IMG/VR virus record: IMGVR_UViG_3300027365_000521
Coordinates: 1 to 7,623 of that record
Reading direction: 5' to 3' (one strand)
Source: a virus
DNA: 7,623 bases
The translations under genes were made by a program, and so were the position numbers. The notes beneath the pieces are model-generated. The model saw only the letters and a list, made by a program, of their open reading frames with translations. It was not told the DNA's origin and made no database searches. Below, piece by piece: positions 1-5,681 of the stretch (the first letter of the stretch is position 1; the number at the start of each line of letters is the position of its first letter).

Positions 1-127
1 AGCGCCCCAGGCGCTTGAGGATCGGCACATCCTCAGGCAACGGCGGCAGATAGCGGCCCTTGAGGTGCCAGGCGCTGAGCATCGTGTACGGCGCACGCAT
101 ATCTACAGGGCCCTGGTCGAGATATTC
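1..127. repeat. Terminal direct repeat, left copy (circularisation or assembly overlap)
   Basis: Base-by-base identity with 7497..7623 (offset 7496). It lies inside the Zot/pI-like coding sequence, and the reading frame is preserved across the join. Confidence 0.97.
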
Positions 128-733
128 CACGCCATCACGAAACACCTGGCGCGTGTCATAGGCGCGGTAGAGATCAGCGCCCTTATAGGTCCACCGCTCA
201 ACCCTAACCTCGGTGCTGCGGCCGTAGTAGACGTTAGCGATATGGACCTTGGGGAGGCCAATGCCCATCACCTTGAATCGGTCCATACGACGGCACACAA
301 CCAGATGCTCGCAGAGCGATCGGACGATCTGGGCGTCACAGCTCTCGACGTCCTGAATCAGAAACATGACGTCCCAACGATGCTTTCGGGCGTGAAGGAA
401 CCAGTCGATGAGCTTGCGGCGCTCCTTGTCGTTCCACTCGCGGCTGTTGAGCCAGGTACCGCACTCATCAAGCACGATCAGGCCATAACGAGACTCGTCG
501 TTATCGCGCGGATCGTCGGAGAGATAGCCATCACCGAGGGCATCCAGATCGGACGCCCTGGGCTTGTCAGGCAGCCGGATCGCCGATTCTTTGCAGTACG
601 AAAACATCTCGTCGAGGTAAAGATCGAGATTGGTCGCCACCCGGCGTCCAGCGGAGAGGTAATCGCGGATTTTCGAGACACACGCGAGAGACTTTCCAGA
701 ACCGAGTTTGCCGGTAACGAAGTAGACAGCCAT
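1..733 (-). CDS. Zot/pI-family filamentous-phage assembly ATPase, N-terminal 244 codons (gene continues across the circular junction to 7496..7312; full product 305 aa)
   Basis: Minus-strand ATG at 733, preceded by AGGAG (745-741) with a 7-nt spacer. Translation: MAVYFVTGKLGSGKSLACVSKIRDYLSAGRRVATNLDLY... This has a Walker A (GKLGSGKS), a Walker-B-like GLIVLDECGTW, then HARKHRWDVMFLIQD, the pattern of the Zot / gene I family. No stop occurs before position 1, so it is absent from the supplied ORF track. Confidence 0.93.
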   Translation of the reverse strand, partial: MAVYFVTGKLGSGKSLACVSKIRDYLSAGRRVATNLDLYLDEMFSYCKESAIRLPDKPRASDLDALGDGYLSDDPRDNDESRYGLIVLDECGTWLNSREWNDKERRKLIDWFLHARKHRWDVMFLIQDVESCDAQIVRSLCEHLVVCRRMDRFKVMGIGLPKVHIANVYYGRSTEVRVERWTYKGADLYRAYDTRQVFRDGVEYLDQGPVDMRAPYTMLSAWHLKGRYLPPLPEDVPILKRLGR

Positions 734-755
734 AACAGGACTCCTGGGAGAAAGT

Positions 756-792
756 CCCCTGCCCCGGCCCCCTCAGGGGGCCACGGCAGGGG
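756..792 (-). terminator. Very GC-rich compound stem-loop between the pVI-like and pI-like genes (possible attenuator or RNA-stability element)
   Basis: The outer arms CCCCTGCC (756-763) and GGCAGGGG (785-792) pair. The inner arms GGCCCCC (766-772) and GGGGGCC (776-782) pair around a 3-nt loop. On the minus-strand transcript it is followed only by ACUUUCU, so there is no strong U tract, and then by the pI Shine-Dalgarno. Confidence 0.35.
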
Positions 793-797
793 AAAGC

Positions 798-1121
798 TCA
801 GATACGCGCTTTGACGGACGCGGCATGAATGCCGGTGACATAGAGCCAGCAAGCGGCGCGGGTGGCAGCGATTGCCGCGATGCACGCTCCGGTGACCGAC
901 GGGAGGATGCCCAACCCGGTCTCAACCACGGGATGGATTCCACCAGCGAGAGACACGAGCCCGTCAAGCAAGCCATTGACGGTCGCCGTGACGGTAGCCA
1001 GCAGAGATATCCAAACCGCAATAAGCGCGAGCCGTATGCCGTATTTGGCACCGAGTTTCGCAACAACGAACTGAGCGAAATAGGCAAAGATGCTGAGCAG
1101 GAATTGAGCTAGAGCCGCCAT
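798..1121 (-). CDS. pVI-like minor coat / virion-cap membrane protein (107 aa)
   Basis: The product is very hydrophobic (MAALAQFLLSIFAYFAQFVVAKLG...IRLALIAVWISLLATVTATV...). It sits between the pIII-like and pI-like genes, as in canonical inoviruses. Its ATG overlaps the pIII stop as TAATG at 1119-1123. Confidence 0.75.
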   Translation of the reverse strand: MAALAQFLLSIFAYFAQFVVAKLGAKYGIRLALIAVWISLLATVTATVNGLLDGLVSLAGGIHPVVETGLGILPSVTGACIAAIAATRAACWLYVTGIHAASVKARI

Positions 1122-2503
1122 TACATAGGCCTCGCTTTAGTTACGGCCTCAGACCAGAGAGACCGGCAGTAATGCCACGTAAACATGACGAAGATGAATG
1201 CAAGAACAGGCCGAACCCAATCATTGATGAGAGGGCAATAGTTGGTGGACCACGAACCAATGACCGGCAACTGAGCATGAATCTCAGAACATCCGCCACC
1301 AAACGAATACCAAGACGAATAACCTATAGGAGACGTTACACCAGGGGGCGCAGCAACGTCGGTCTTTATCGTTTCGAGCTTGTCGATATACGGCTTATAA
1401 AGATCAGTGACCTCGGGCATTTCCTCCTGCTGTTCTTCTTGCTCTTCGGTAACTTCCTCGGGGTCCGTTTTTGTTTCGGTCTCAGTTGTGCCGTCGGGGT
1501 TGGTTTTCGTGACAGTCGACGTTTTGCGATAGTCGTAATAGTTGTCCCCGTATGTGATATCGATTTTGGTGTTATTTGTCGTGCTAGTGGTTCCACCGGG
1601 ACCAGTCGTGCTAGTAGTCGGCCCCTTTTCCGTGACTGTTGATGGACCCTCAAGCTGCGTTGACGTGCGCAACTCCTCATAACACGACTCAGGAGCGAGA
1701 GAGCCCTCGCAGTGGTCGCGGAGGCGATCCTTGAGCCATTCACTGTCCTTTGCTGCGGCTGCGGCTTCCATGATGTCGAAATCAGCATCGGTCGCAGCGC
1801 GATAACCACCCGCAGCCTCACACGCACCGGTAGAACTGTTATAGGTAGAACCCGCAGGGCACGAGTCGCCATAACGCTGAATAGAGACCCTGGATTCATA
1901 GCCATCAGATTCACGTTTCGCAATACAACGATACTGAATATCGGAAACGCGCTCCAGGCGATCATAGACATAGTTATATCGCCAGCCCGCTGCAGCAATC
2001 TGAGAGCAAACCTCGACAGGTGTTAAGCCGGTATAGAAACTGGATGTACCGTTCGCACCAATATGGGCCGTTGTATTTTTCCAATAATAACCGCCCGGAA
2101 CAGGACTGCCCGAGGCTGGAACTTTAACTTGCCCATCGTCAATAATTCCGTCAACCGCATCGAGCATATATTGCAGACCAATACTTAGTCCGACACCAAC
2201 TACACCGCCACGCAAGGACCCAGACATGCCCTTTATAGTGCGAGGAATCGAATAATCGTATTTCGGCTTAATAGGCAACTTCGTGCCCTTGGAGCCGCCG
2301 CCGTAGGACGACGGGATATATTCACCGTCCAGGGGCTGCCCGGTGATGATCAACGAGTCACCGGACTTAGCAGCGCTACCGCTGCCAACTACCGAACCGT
2401 TGGACGGCAGCGAAACATATTTGCGAGTGGCGGCGTTCGCATTACCGACCGCGCAAATAAAAAGGGCGACCGAAGTCGCCAGTACCAGGGCCGCCCTTTT
2501 CAT
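1121..2503 (-). CDS. pIII-like adsorption / minor coat protein (460 aa from the second ATG)
   Basis: - Signal peptide MKRAALVLATSVALFICAVGNANA|A.
- Cys-containing N-terminal domains.
- Low-complexity linkers: a Thr/Gly-rich one (GPTTSTTGPGGTTSTTNNT) and an acidic one (EEVTEEQEEQQEEMPEV).
- C-terminal hydrophobic anchor (VLAFIFVMFTWHYC).
- The ATG at 2503 overlaps the coat-gene stop as TAATG.
- The track start at 2527 adds 8 residues upstream of the signal peptide and lies inside the coat gene. Confidence 0.85.
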   Translation of the reverse strand: MKRAALVLATSVALFICAVGNANAATRKYVSLPSNGSVVGSGSAAKSGDSLIITGQPLDGEYIPSSYGGGSKGTKLPIKPKYDYSIPRTIKGMSGSLRGGVVGVGLSIGLQYMLDAVDGIIDDGQVKVPASGSPVPGGYYWKNTTAHIGANGTSSFYTGLTPVEVCSQIAAAGWRYNYVYDRLERVSDIQYRCIAKRESDGYESRVSIQRYGDSCPAGSTYNSSTGACEAAGGYRAATDADFDIMEAAAAAKDSEWLKDRLRDHCEGSLAPESCYEELRTSTQLEGPSTVTEKGPTTSTTGPGGTTSTTNNTKIDITYGDNYYDYRKTSTVTKTNPDGTTETETKTDPEEVTEEQEEQQEEMPEVTDLYKPYIDKLETIKTDVAAPPGVTSPIGYSSWYSFGGGCSEIHAQLPVIGSWSTNYCPLINDWVRPVLAFIFVMFTWHYCRSLWSEAVTKARPM

Positions 2504-2748
2504 TACTTGGCCCCTTTCTTGATCCACTTCTTGACGAGGGTCATGCCCACGTCCGGTGCCAGCGAAGCGGTCAGCAGGGCGAAGCCTGCGGCGATGGCCA
2601 GACCGATATAAGTCAGGATGGTGGTCTGAGCTTCGGTGATGCCGGCTTCGACCTCACCAGCAGCGAAGGCCATCGGGGATGCTGCGACGCCAACGAGCAG
2701 AGCGGTTTTCGCAACGCGCTTGGCGAGTTCTTTTTTCGACTGATACAT
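2503..2748 (-). CDS. Major coat protein precursor (pVIII-like, 81 aa)
   Basis: ATG at 2748, with AGGAG at 2760-2756. The signal peptide is MYQSKKELAKRVAKTALLVGVAASPMAFA|A. The mature part has an acidic N-terminus (AGEVEAGITEAQ), a hydrophobic core (ILTYIGLAIAAGFALLTASLA) and a basic C-terminus (KKWIKKGAK), which is the classic major-coat layout. The 147-aa track ORF is an unsupported N-terminal extension. Confidence 0.9.
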   Translation of the reverse strand: MYQSKKELAKRVAKTALLVGVAASPMAFAAGEVEAGITEAQTTILTYIGLAIAAGFALLTASLAPDVGMTLVKKWIKKGAK

Positions 2749-2768
2749 GGTGTTGCTCCTTGCGAGAG

Positions 2769-2888
2769 TTATCGGGCGCCCTTGCTCATCAGTCGGATGA
2801 CTGTTCGCTTGAGCCGTCCCATGCCATAGCCGGTGAACCAGCAAACAACGCAGGCCCCGGCAACTTGCACAGCGAGAGCGACGCTCAT
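2769..2888 (-). CDS. Small hydrophobic protein, 39 aa (pVII/pIX-like minor coat candidate)
   Basis: Hand translation: MSVALAVQVAGACVVCWFTGYGMGRLKRTVIRLMSKGAR. It has a hydrophobic N-terminal half and a basic tail. Its ATG overlaps the upstream stop as ATGA (2885-2888), and TAA is at 2771-2769. It is too short for the ORF track. Confidence 0.55.
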   Translation of the reverse strand: MSVALAVQVAGACVVCWFTGYGMGRLKRTVIRLMSKGAR

Positions 2889-2980
2889 AACGAGGCCCCC
2901 GCCGTGAATCCGTGCCCAAAGCAACCGACCATTGCGACGGCCGCAATCAGGAAGTACAGGTCGCTAAGGGTGATTTCCAT
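2885..2980 (-). CDS. Small hydrophobic protein, 31 aa (pVII/pIX-like minor coat candidate)
   Basis: MEITLSDLYFLIAAVAMVGCFGHGFTAGASL. The ATG at 2980 overlaps the ssDNA-binding gene stop as TAATG (2978-2982). It sits between gene V and the major coat gene, as in Ff-type phages. The 70-aa track ORF 2885..3097 is the same frame extended back into gene V. Confidence 0.6.
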   Translation of the reverse strand: MEITLSDLYFLIAAVAMVGCFGHGFTAGASL

Positions 2981-3273
2981 TACGCACCTACCGCCTGAGG
3001 CTTGGCTGCGGGCTGCTGAGCAGCAACGCGACGCGACTGGCGGGGGTCGATGTTGAACTGGACGCGACCGTCCTTGATCTCGCCAGTGACGTCGCATTCG
3101 TACTCACCAGCAGGCAGAACTTCGTTCTGAGCGCGGCAGTAGTAGGAGAACTTTTGCGGGTAGTCACAGCCGGGCAGATGGGCGTATGCCTCAGCCATGG
3201 TGTAGTTGTTGCCCTTGCCAGAGGTGCCGGAGCGCGAGGTGCAGTTGGGGGTGACGGTGATACGAAGTTTCAT
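2980..3273 (-). CDS. Gene-V-type single-stranded DNA-binding protein (97 aa)
   Basis: ATG at 3273, with GGAG 6 nt upstream. By eye, MKLRITVTPNCTSRSGTSGKGNNYTMAEAYAHLPGCDYPQKFSYYC...PAGEYECDV aligns with Ff gene V protein (…FTTRSGVSRQGKPYSLNEQLCYVDLGNEYPVLVKITL…APGLYTVHL). Size and position downstream of the replication gene also fit. Confidence 0.85.
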   Translation of the reverse strand: MKLRITVTPNCTSRSGTSGKGNNYTMAEAYAHLPGCDYPQKFSYYCRAQNEVLPAGEYECDVTGEIKDGRVQFNIDPRQSRRVAAQQPAAKPQAVGA

Positions 3274-3288
3274 GGTGTTCTCCAGAGG

Positions 3289-3519
3289 TCAGAAGCCGAA
3301 CAGATCGGCAACGCAGGGGGTGCCACGCTCTTGGCGTTCCAAGAACCATTGGCGTTCGGGCTTGGTGCCCTGGGACTGGCGAGCTTCGAGCGCTGCCAGG
3401 GTTTCGGTTACTTGCTGCTGCAGGACCGGATTAACGAATGCCCGGGCCTGCTGTTGCTCTTGAAGACGACGGCGCTGGCCGCTGGTGAGTTGGGTGCCCT
3501 GAAAACTCACTGTGCGCAT
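3289..3519 (-). CDS. Hypothetical protein, 76 aa, Gln/Arg-rich
   Basis: MRTVSFQGTQLTSGQRRRLQEQQQARAFVNPVLQQQVTETLAALEARQ... Third codon positions are mostly G/C, like the neighbouring genes. The ATG at 3519 lies 13 nt inside the end of the upstream 48-aa ORF, which suggests coupling, and there is no clear Shine-Dalgarno. The 135-aa track version starts at a GTG and overlaps the 48-aa ORF out of frame. Confidence 0.5.
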   Translation of the reverse strand: MRTVSFQGTQLTSGQRRRLQEQQQARAFVNPVLQQQVTETLAALEARQSQGTKPERQWFLERQERGTPCVADLFGF

Positions 3520-3653
3520 GACTGGATAACCGTCTCGAAAGACTGCTGAAATGCACGAATAAAAGATTCGGTGGAAATGGTCTCGCCGTAAGTAACAAGC
3601 AAAAGCGAGAAGGCAGCACCGATGAAAAAGGAGAAGATATATCCGTAGTTCAT
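3507..3653 (-). CDS. Hypothetical small membrane protein, 48 aa
   Basis: MNYGYIFSFFIGAAFSLLLVTYGETISTESFIRAFQQSFETVIQSCAQ, with one N-terminal TM-like segment. GGAG lies 8 nt upstream of the ATG at 3653. The ATG overlaps the upstream stop as ATGA. The local sequence is noticeably more AT-rich than the rest of the genome. Confidence 0.5.
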   Translation of the reverse strand: MNYGYIFSFFIGAAFSLLLVTYGETISTESFIRAFQQSFETVIQSCAQ

Positions 3654-3736
3654 GGCCGAAACTCCAGGCGGACCAGATAGAGCGCGATAGCTCCACCGGC
3701 GAGCGTGGCGATCAGAGATGCGGTCGCGGCGATCAC
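3650..3736 (-). CDS. Possible 28-aa hydrophobic peptide (GTG start)
   Basis: (M)IAATASLIATLAGGAIALYLVRLEFRP. The GTG overlaps the stop of the 56-aa ORF (GTGA, 3733-3736), and its own TGA overlaps the next ATG (ATGA, 3650-3653). It exactly fills the gap in a chain of coupled ORFs. Support is only positional. Confidence 0.3.
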   Translation of the reverse strand: MIAATASLIATLAGGAIALYLVRLEFRP

Positions 3737-3903
3737 TTGGCACCTCGACGCTTCGGCGATGTTTCAACACGAACGCAACGCGCGAACTCGGCCTCGGTGA
3801 AGTCGGCCCAGTCAGCTGGCGTGTGATGGATGCCGGCTTGCTTGCTGTACGCCTTAATCAGGCGATCGCGGTTTGCGCCTTTCCACAGCAGGAACGCGTT
3901 CAT
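3733..3903 (-). CDS. Hypothetical protein, 56 aa
   Basis: MNAFLLWKGANRDRLIKAYSKQAGIHHTPADWADFTEAEFARCVRVETSPKRRGAK. The ATG overlaps the replication-gene stop as ATGA (3900-3903). About 70 percent of third positions are G/C by hand count. It is below the ORF-track length cutoff. Confidence 0.5.
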   Translation of the reverse strand: MNAFLLWKGANRDRLIKAYSKQAGIHHTPADWADFTEAEFARCVRVETSPKRRGAK

Positions 3904-5030
3904 GCTGCCACCTGCAAATGATTCGGACGCTGATACCAGCTCGGGATTGCAAGCACGGTGGACTTGGTGATCTCGCGGGCCTGACGAACGAAGACAGGCG
4001 CGAAGCGGGAGGTGTCGCAGGCGTTACGAATGTTGATGCCGATTCGGTTGAGGCGCGCGGCATGCTGTTGGACGGCAGACTTGTTGAAATCGAACTGCTG
4101 GCCGTGCATCCACTGAATCGCATACATGGCGGTGGTATTTGCTGCACGGGTGGTATCTACGATCTGCTCAGCCAAGAGCTGTTCGGATATGGAAACGATG
4201 TCCATGGCGGTCACCTTCAGTCGCTCGTCAATTCTCAAAAACTCGTCGTGGAGTTCGGCAAAACGCCGTTCGTCAAAGAGGCCCCAATAGACCAAGCATT
4301 CGCGCTGCAAAAATTCGTTTTTCAGCTCCTGCTCCATGCGAACCACGCCATGAAGCGCGCAGTAGTCGCGGACGCGCTGCACGTACAGGAACTCGGGGGA
4401 TTCATCGCCGTACAGGCGCTTGATCTTCGGAAGAAGGTTCTCATCCAGCTCAAAAGCCTTGTCGTAGGCCTTGCGGTACTGGAGGCGCCCGCCTTTGCCG
4501 TTGCCCTTCGGGGTCCACGCGACGGTGCGACCGTTGGGGTACAGGAAGCCGATGCTATGCCCAATGCGCTGGGAGGAAACGCCACGAAGGTAGGCCAGAA
4601 CGTTGCCCTCTCCTACCGAAACGTTGGTGGTGAGGTCGATGCGCTCAATCTTAGCGCCGTCTGCCACGCGATCACCGGTCTTTGCACCTGATGCGCCGTC
4701 GCGCAGATCAACACGGGTGCAGCGGGTGAAGCCCGGAAGGCCGTACTCAGCCAGAAGCTGGTTGTAAACCGAAACGCACTGCTCGATGGTCGAGAAGCCG
4801 AACAGGTTGTCCAGCCGCCCTACCCGGCTTGGGTTGCCTTCGACGCGGACTTTCCGACCCTGCACATGGATCGTCACCGACGTGGAATAGCTGGCCTCAT
4901 GCTTGAATCGAGGCTGGCGGGTGGAGAGCACTTCGTTGGTGTTCGTGTCGATTGTGATGGTCATGACGTCGCACACGACCGGGAGATCGTGTGCGTGCTC
5001 CTGTGACATCGTAAGCCAATCGATAAACAT
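3900..5030 (-). CDS. Rolling-circle replication initiation protein (gII / RstA-like, Rep_trans-type), 376 aa
   Basis: The preferred start is the ATG at 5030 (MFIDWLTMSQEH...), preceded by GGGGAG 5 nt upstream. The track start at 5054 lies inside the GCATGC repeat tract and has no Shine-Dalgarno. The N-terminal IDWLT motif and the internal LQYRKAYDKAFE (Y-x-K catalytic-tyrosine-like) match what I recall of Rep_trans-type filamentous-phage and plasmid initiators. Size and position at the head of the structural operon fit. Confidence 0.9.
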   Translation of the reverse strand: MFIDWLTMSQEHAHDLPVVCDVMTITIDTNTNEVLSTRQPRFKHEASYSTSVTIHVQGRKVRVEGNPSRVGRLDNLFGFSTIEQCVSVYNQLLAEYGLPGFTRCTRVDLRDGASGAKTGDRVADGAKIERIDLTTNVSVGEGNVLAYLRGVSSQRIGHSIGFLYPNGRTVAWTPKGNGKGGRLQYRKAYDKAFELDENLLPKIKRLYGDESPEFLYVQRVRDYCALHGVVRMEQELKNEFLQRECLVYWGLFDERRFAELHDEFLRIDERLKVTAMDIVSISEQLLAEQIVDTTRAANTTAMYAIQWMHGQQFDFNKSAVQQHAARLNRIGINIRNACDTSRFAPVFVRQAREITKSTVLAIPSWYQRPNHLQVAA

Positions 5031-5151
5031 CCCTGCTCCCCTTATTGCATGCATGCATGCAAATCACATTGAGGCGGAATGTATACGGATGAACTTGCAT
5101 GCGTCAACACAAATCACATGCATGCACGTATGCTGATTGACGGGTGTCAAT
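5031..5151. promoter_or_regulatory. Divergent intergenic control region between gII and the RHH-like gene (operator-like repeats)
   Basis: - (GCAT)3GC tract at 5047-5060, with further GCATGC at 5097-5102 and 5120-5125.
- Exact 10-bp direct repeat CAAATCACAT at 5060-5069 and 5110-5119, 50 bp apart.
- Palindrome ATTGAC-GGGT-GTCAAT at 5136-5151, abutting the plus-strand ATG at 5152. Confidence 0.5.
5080..5107 (-). promoter_or_regulatory. Candidate sigma70-type promoter for the gII-led operon
   Basis: On the minus strand: TTGACG (5107-5102), a 16-nt spacer, then TATACA (5085-5080). This lies about 50 nt upstream of the gII ATG at 5030. Confidence 0.45.
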
Positions 5152-5361
5152 ATGGACCAATTGAAAATGCCAGCAACGATCCGCCTTACGAACGCCGAGC
5201 AAGAGGCGATCCGGCAAAAATGCATAGAAATCAACAAGTTACTCGTAAAGCGCGGCATGCCACCGATGCGGGATAGCGAGCTTGTGCACAAAATCATAGA
5301 AAAATCAGTGCCTTGCGTGCAGATCAATGCATCTGGCGACGTGGTAATCGAGACCGAGTGA
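5152..5361 (+). CDS. Small ribbon-helix-helix-like DNA-binding protein (69 aa), candidate phage repressor or regulator
   Basis: MDQLKMPATIRLTNAEQEAIRQKCIEINKLLVKRGMPPMRDSELVHKIIEKS... This has the strand-helix-helix pattern of CopG/Arc/MobC-type RHH proteins (xxIRLTxxExxxI). It is divergent from the replication gene, the usual place for an inovirus repressor. The start could also be the ATG at 5167. The track start at 5137 is a TTG. Confidence 0.6.
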   Translation: MDQLKMPATIRLTNAEQEAIRQKCIEINKLLVKRGMPPMRDSELVHKIIEKSVPCVQINASGDVVIETE

Positions 5362-5405
5362 CCCCGGGAATCCGGGGTAAAGTGGGGGTGTAACAGCACC
5401 CCCAC
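5362..5405 (+). other. Two adjacent perfect GC-rich hairpins directly after the RHH stop codon
   Basis: The first is CCCCGG-GAAT-CCGGGG (5362-5377). The second is GTGGGGGTG-TAACAG-CACCCCCAC (5382-5405), with a 9-bp stem. No T tract follows, so they are not classical terminators. Confidence 0.6.
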
Positions 5406-5561
5406 CGCCGACGAGCTGAAACCGCGGAACTGCCGTGACCTGACCATCGGCACCGCTGACGGTCCGGGAGAGCGGCAAAGAGACGCCCAGGAGCGGTTCA
5501 TTTGGGCAAATCAGAGCGCGGGTTAAATCGGTAGCGGGACAGTGGGACGAAGATCGCGAGA

Positions 5562-5600
5562 AGCCTCCAGAGGGCCGTAAAGGCCGCTGGGGGCTTTTTT
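5562..5600 (+). terminator. Rho-independent terminator (plus strand)
   Basis: An interrupted stem pairs 5562-5576 with 5582-5595 (AGCCUCCAG-AG-GGCC / GGCC-G-CUGGGGGCU) around the loop GTAAA. It runs straight into TTTTTT (5595-5600). On the opposite strand the tract is upstream of the stem, so it is unidirectional. Confidence 0.7.
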
Positions 5601-5681
5601 GTGGGTCGATGGTTGCGGCCCCTTCGGGGGTATCGTCGCAGGCGCTATGCAGCACGGCGGGAGGCCATGCAGGCGACTAAT

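Noticed and set aside
1-127. The terminal 127-bp repeats as attL/attR, LTRs or transposon ends
   Set aside because: The repeat is an exact internal piece of the pI/Zot coding sequence, and joining the copies restores one intact gene. That is the signature of a linearised circle or a tandem unit, not of recombination sites or mobile-element termini.
65-814. 249-aa plus-strand ORF, the longest ORF in the left 800 bp of the track
   Set aside because: It is antisense to the Zot/pI-like gene, whose Walker A and B motifs and Shine-Dalgarno are unambiguous. It has a GTG start, no ribosome-binding site, and an Arg/Ala/Gly-rich low-information sequence typical of a GC-rich antisense frame. The overlapping minus ORFs 478..885 and 773..1087 are likewise off-frame artefacts.
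825-1112. Plus-strand ORFs 825..1112 and 862..1074
   Set aside because: They are antisense to the hydrophobic pVI-like gene, which is positionally and compositionally supported and start/stop-coupled to pIII.
1172-2026. ORFs 1172..1642 (+), 1366..1998 (-) and 1712..2026 (+)
   Set aside because: They are alternative frames or antisense frames within the pIII-like gene. Their sequences are Arg/Ser/Pro-rich with no features, whereas the pIII frame has a signal peptide, linkers and an anchor.
2503-3097. Long versions of the coat-region ORFs (147 aa at 2503..2946, 70 aa at 2885..3097) and plus-strand ORF 2679..3056
   Set aside because: The N-terminal extensions are Arg/Cys-rich nonsense that overlaps better-supported small genes. 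The internal ATGs have Shine-Dalgarno sites or stop/start overlaps and yield textbook coat-type proteins. The plus-strand ORF is antisense to four coupled genes.
3154-3549. Plus-strand ORFs 3154..3549 and 3206..3463, and minus ORF 3431..3619
   Set aside because: They are antisense or off-frame relative to gene V and the 76-aa ORF. They have no start signals, and their composition is typical of GC-rich non-coding frames.
3718-3921. 67-aa plus-strand ORF
   Set aside because: It is antisense to the 56-aa ORF that is ATGA-coupled to the replication gene. The minus frame has the better codon pattern and context.
3873-4691. 272-aa plus-strand ORF, plus smaller ORFs 4139..4423 (+), 4322..4585 (-) and 3854..4147 (-)
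   Set aside because: All lie inside or antisense to the replication-initiator gene, which has recognisable motifs. None has a convincing start context.
5031-5054. Track start codon for the replication gene at 5054 (MHAIRGAG...)
   Set aside because: That ATG lies within the (GCAT)n repeat and has no Shine-Dalgarno. The ATG at 5030 has GGGGAG upstream and begins with the conserved-looking MFIDWLT.
5495-5560. tRNA-like or attP-tRNA fragment (GCGGGTTAAATCGG resembles a T-arm at first glance)
   Set aside because: No cloverleaf can be drawn. There is no acceptor stem and no anticodon arm, and the T-loop-like stretch lacks a flanking stem.
5064-5655. Minus-strand ORFs 5064..5501 (145 aa) and 5305..5655 (116 aa), and plus ORFs 5079..5276 and 4903..5136
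   Set aside because: They run antisense to, or off-frame across, the RHH-like gene, the promoter region, the hairpins and the terminator. Their sequences are Ser/Arg/Pro-rich with no start context.
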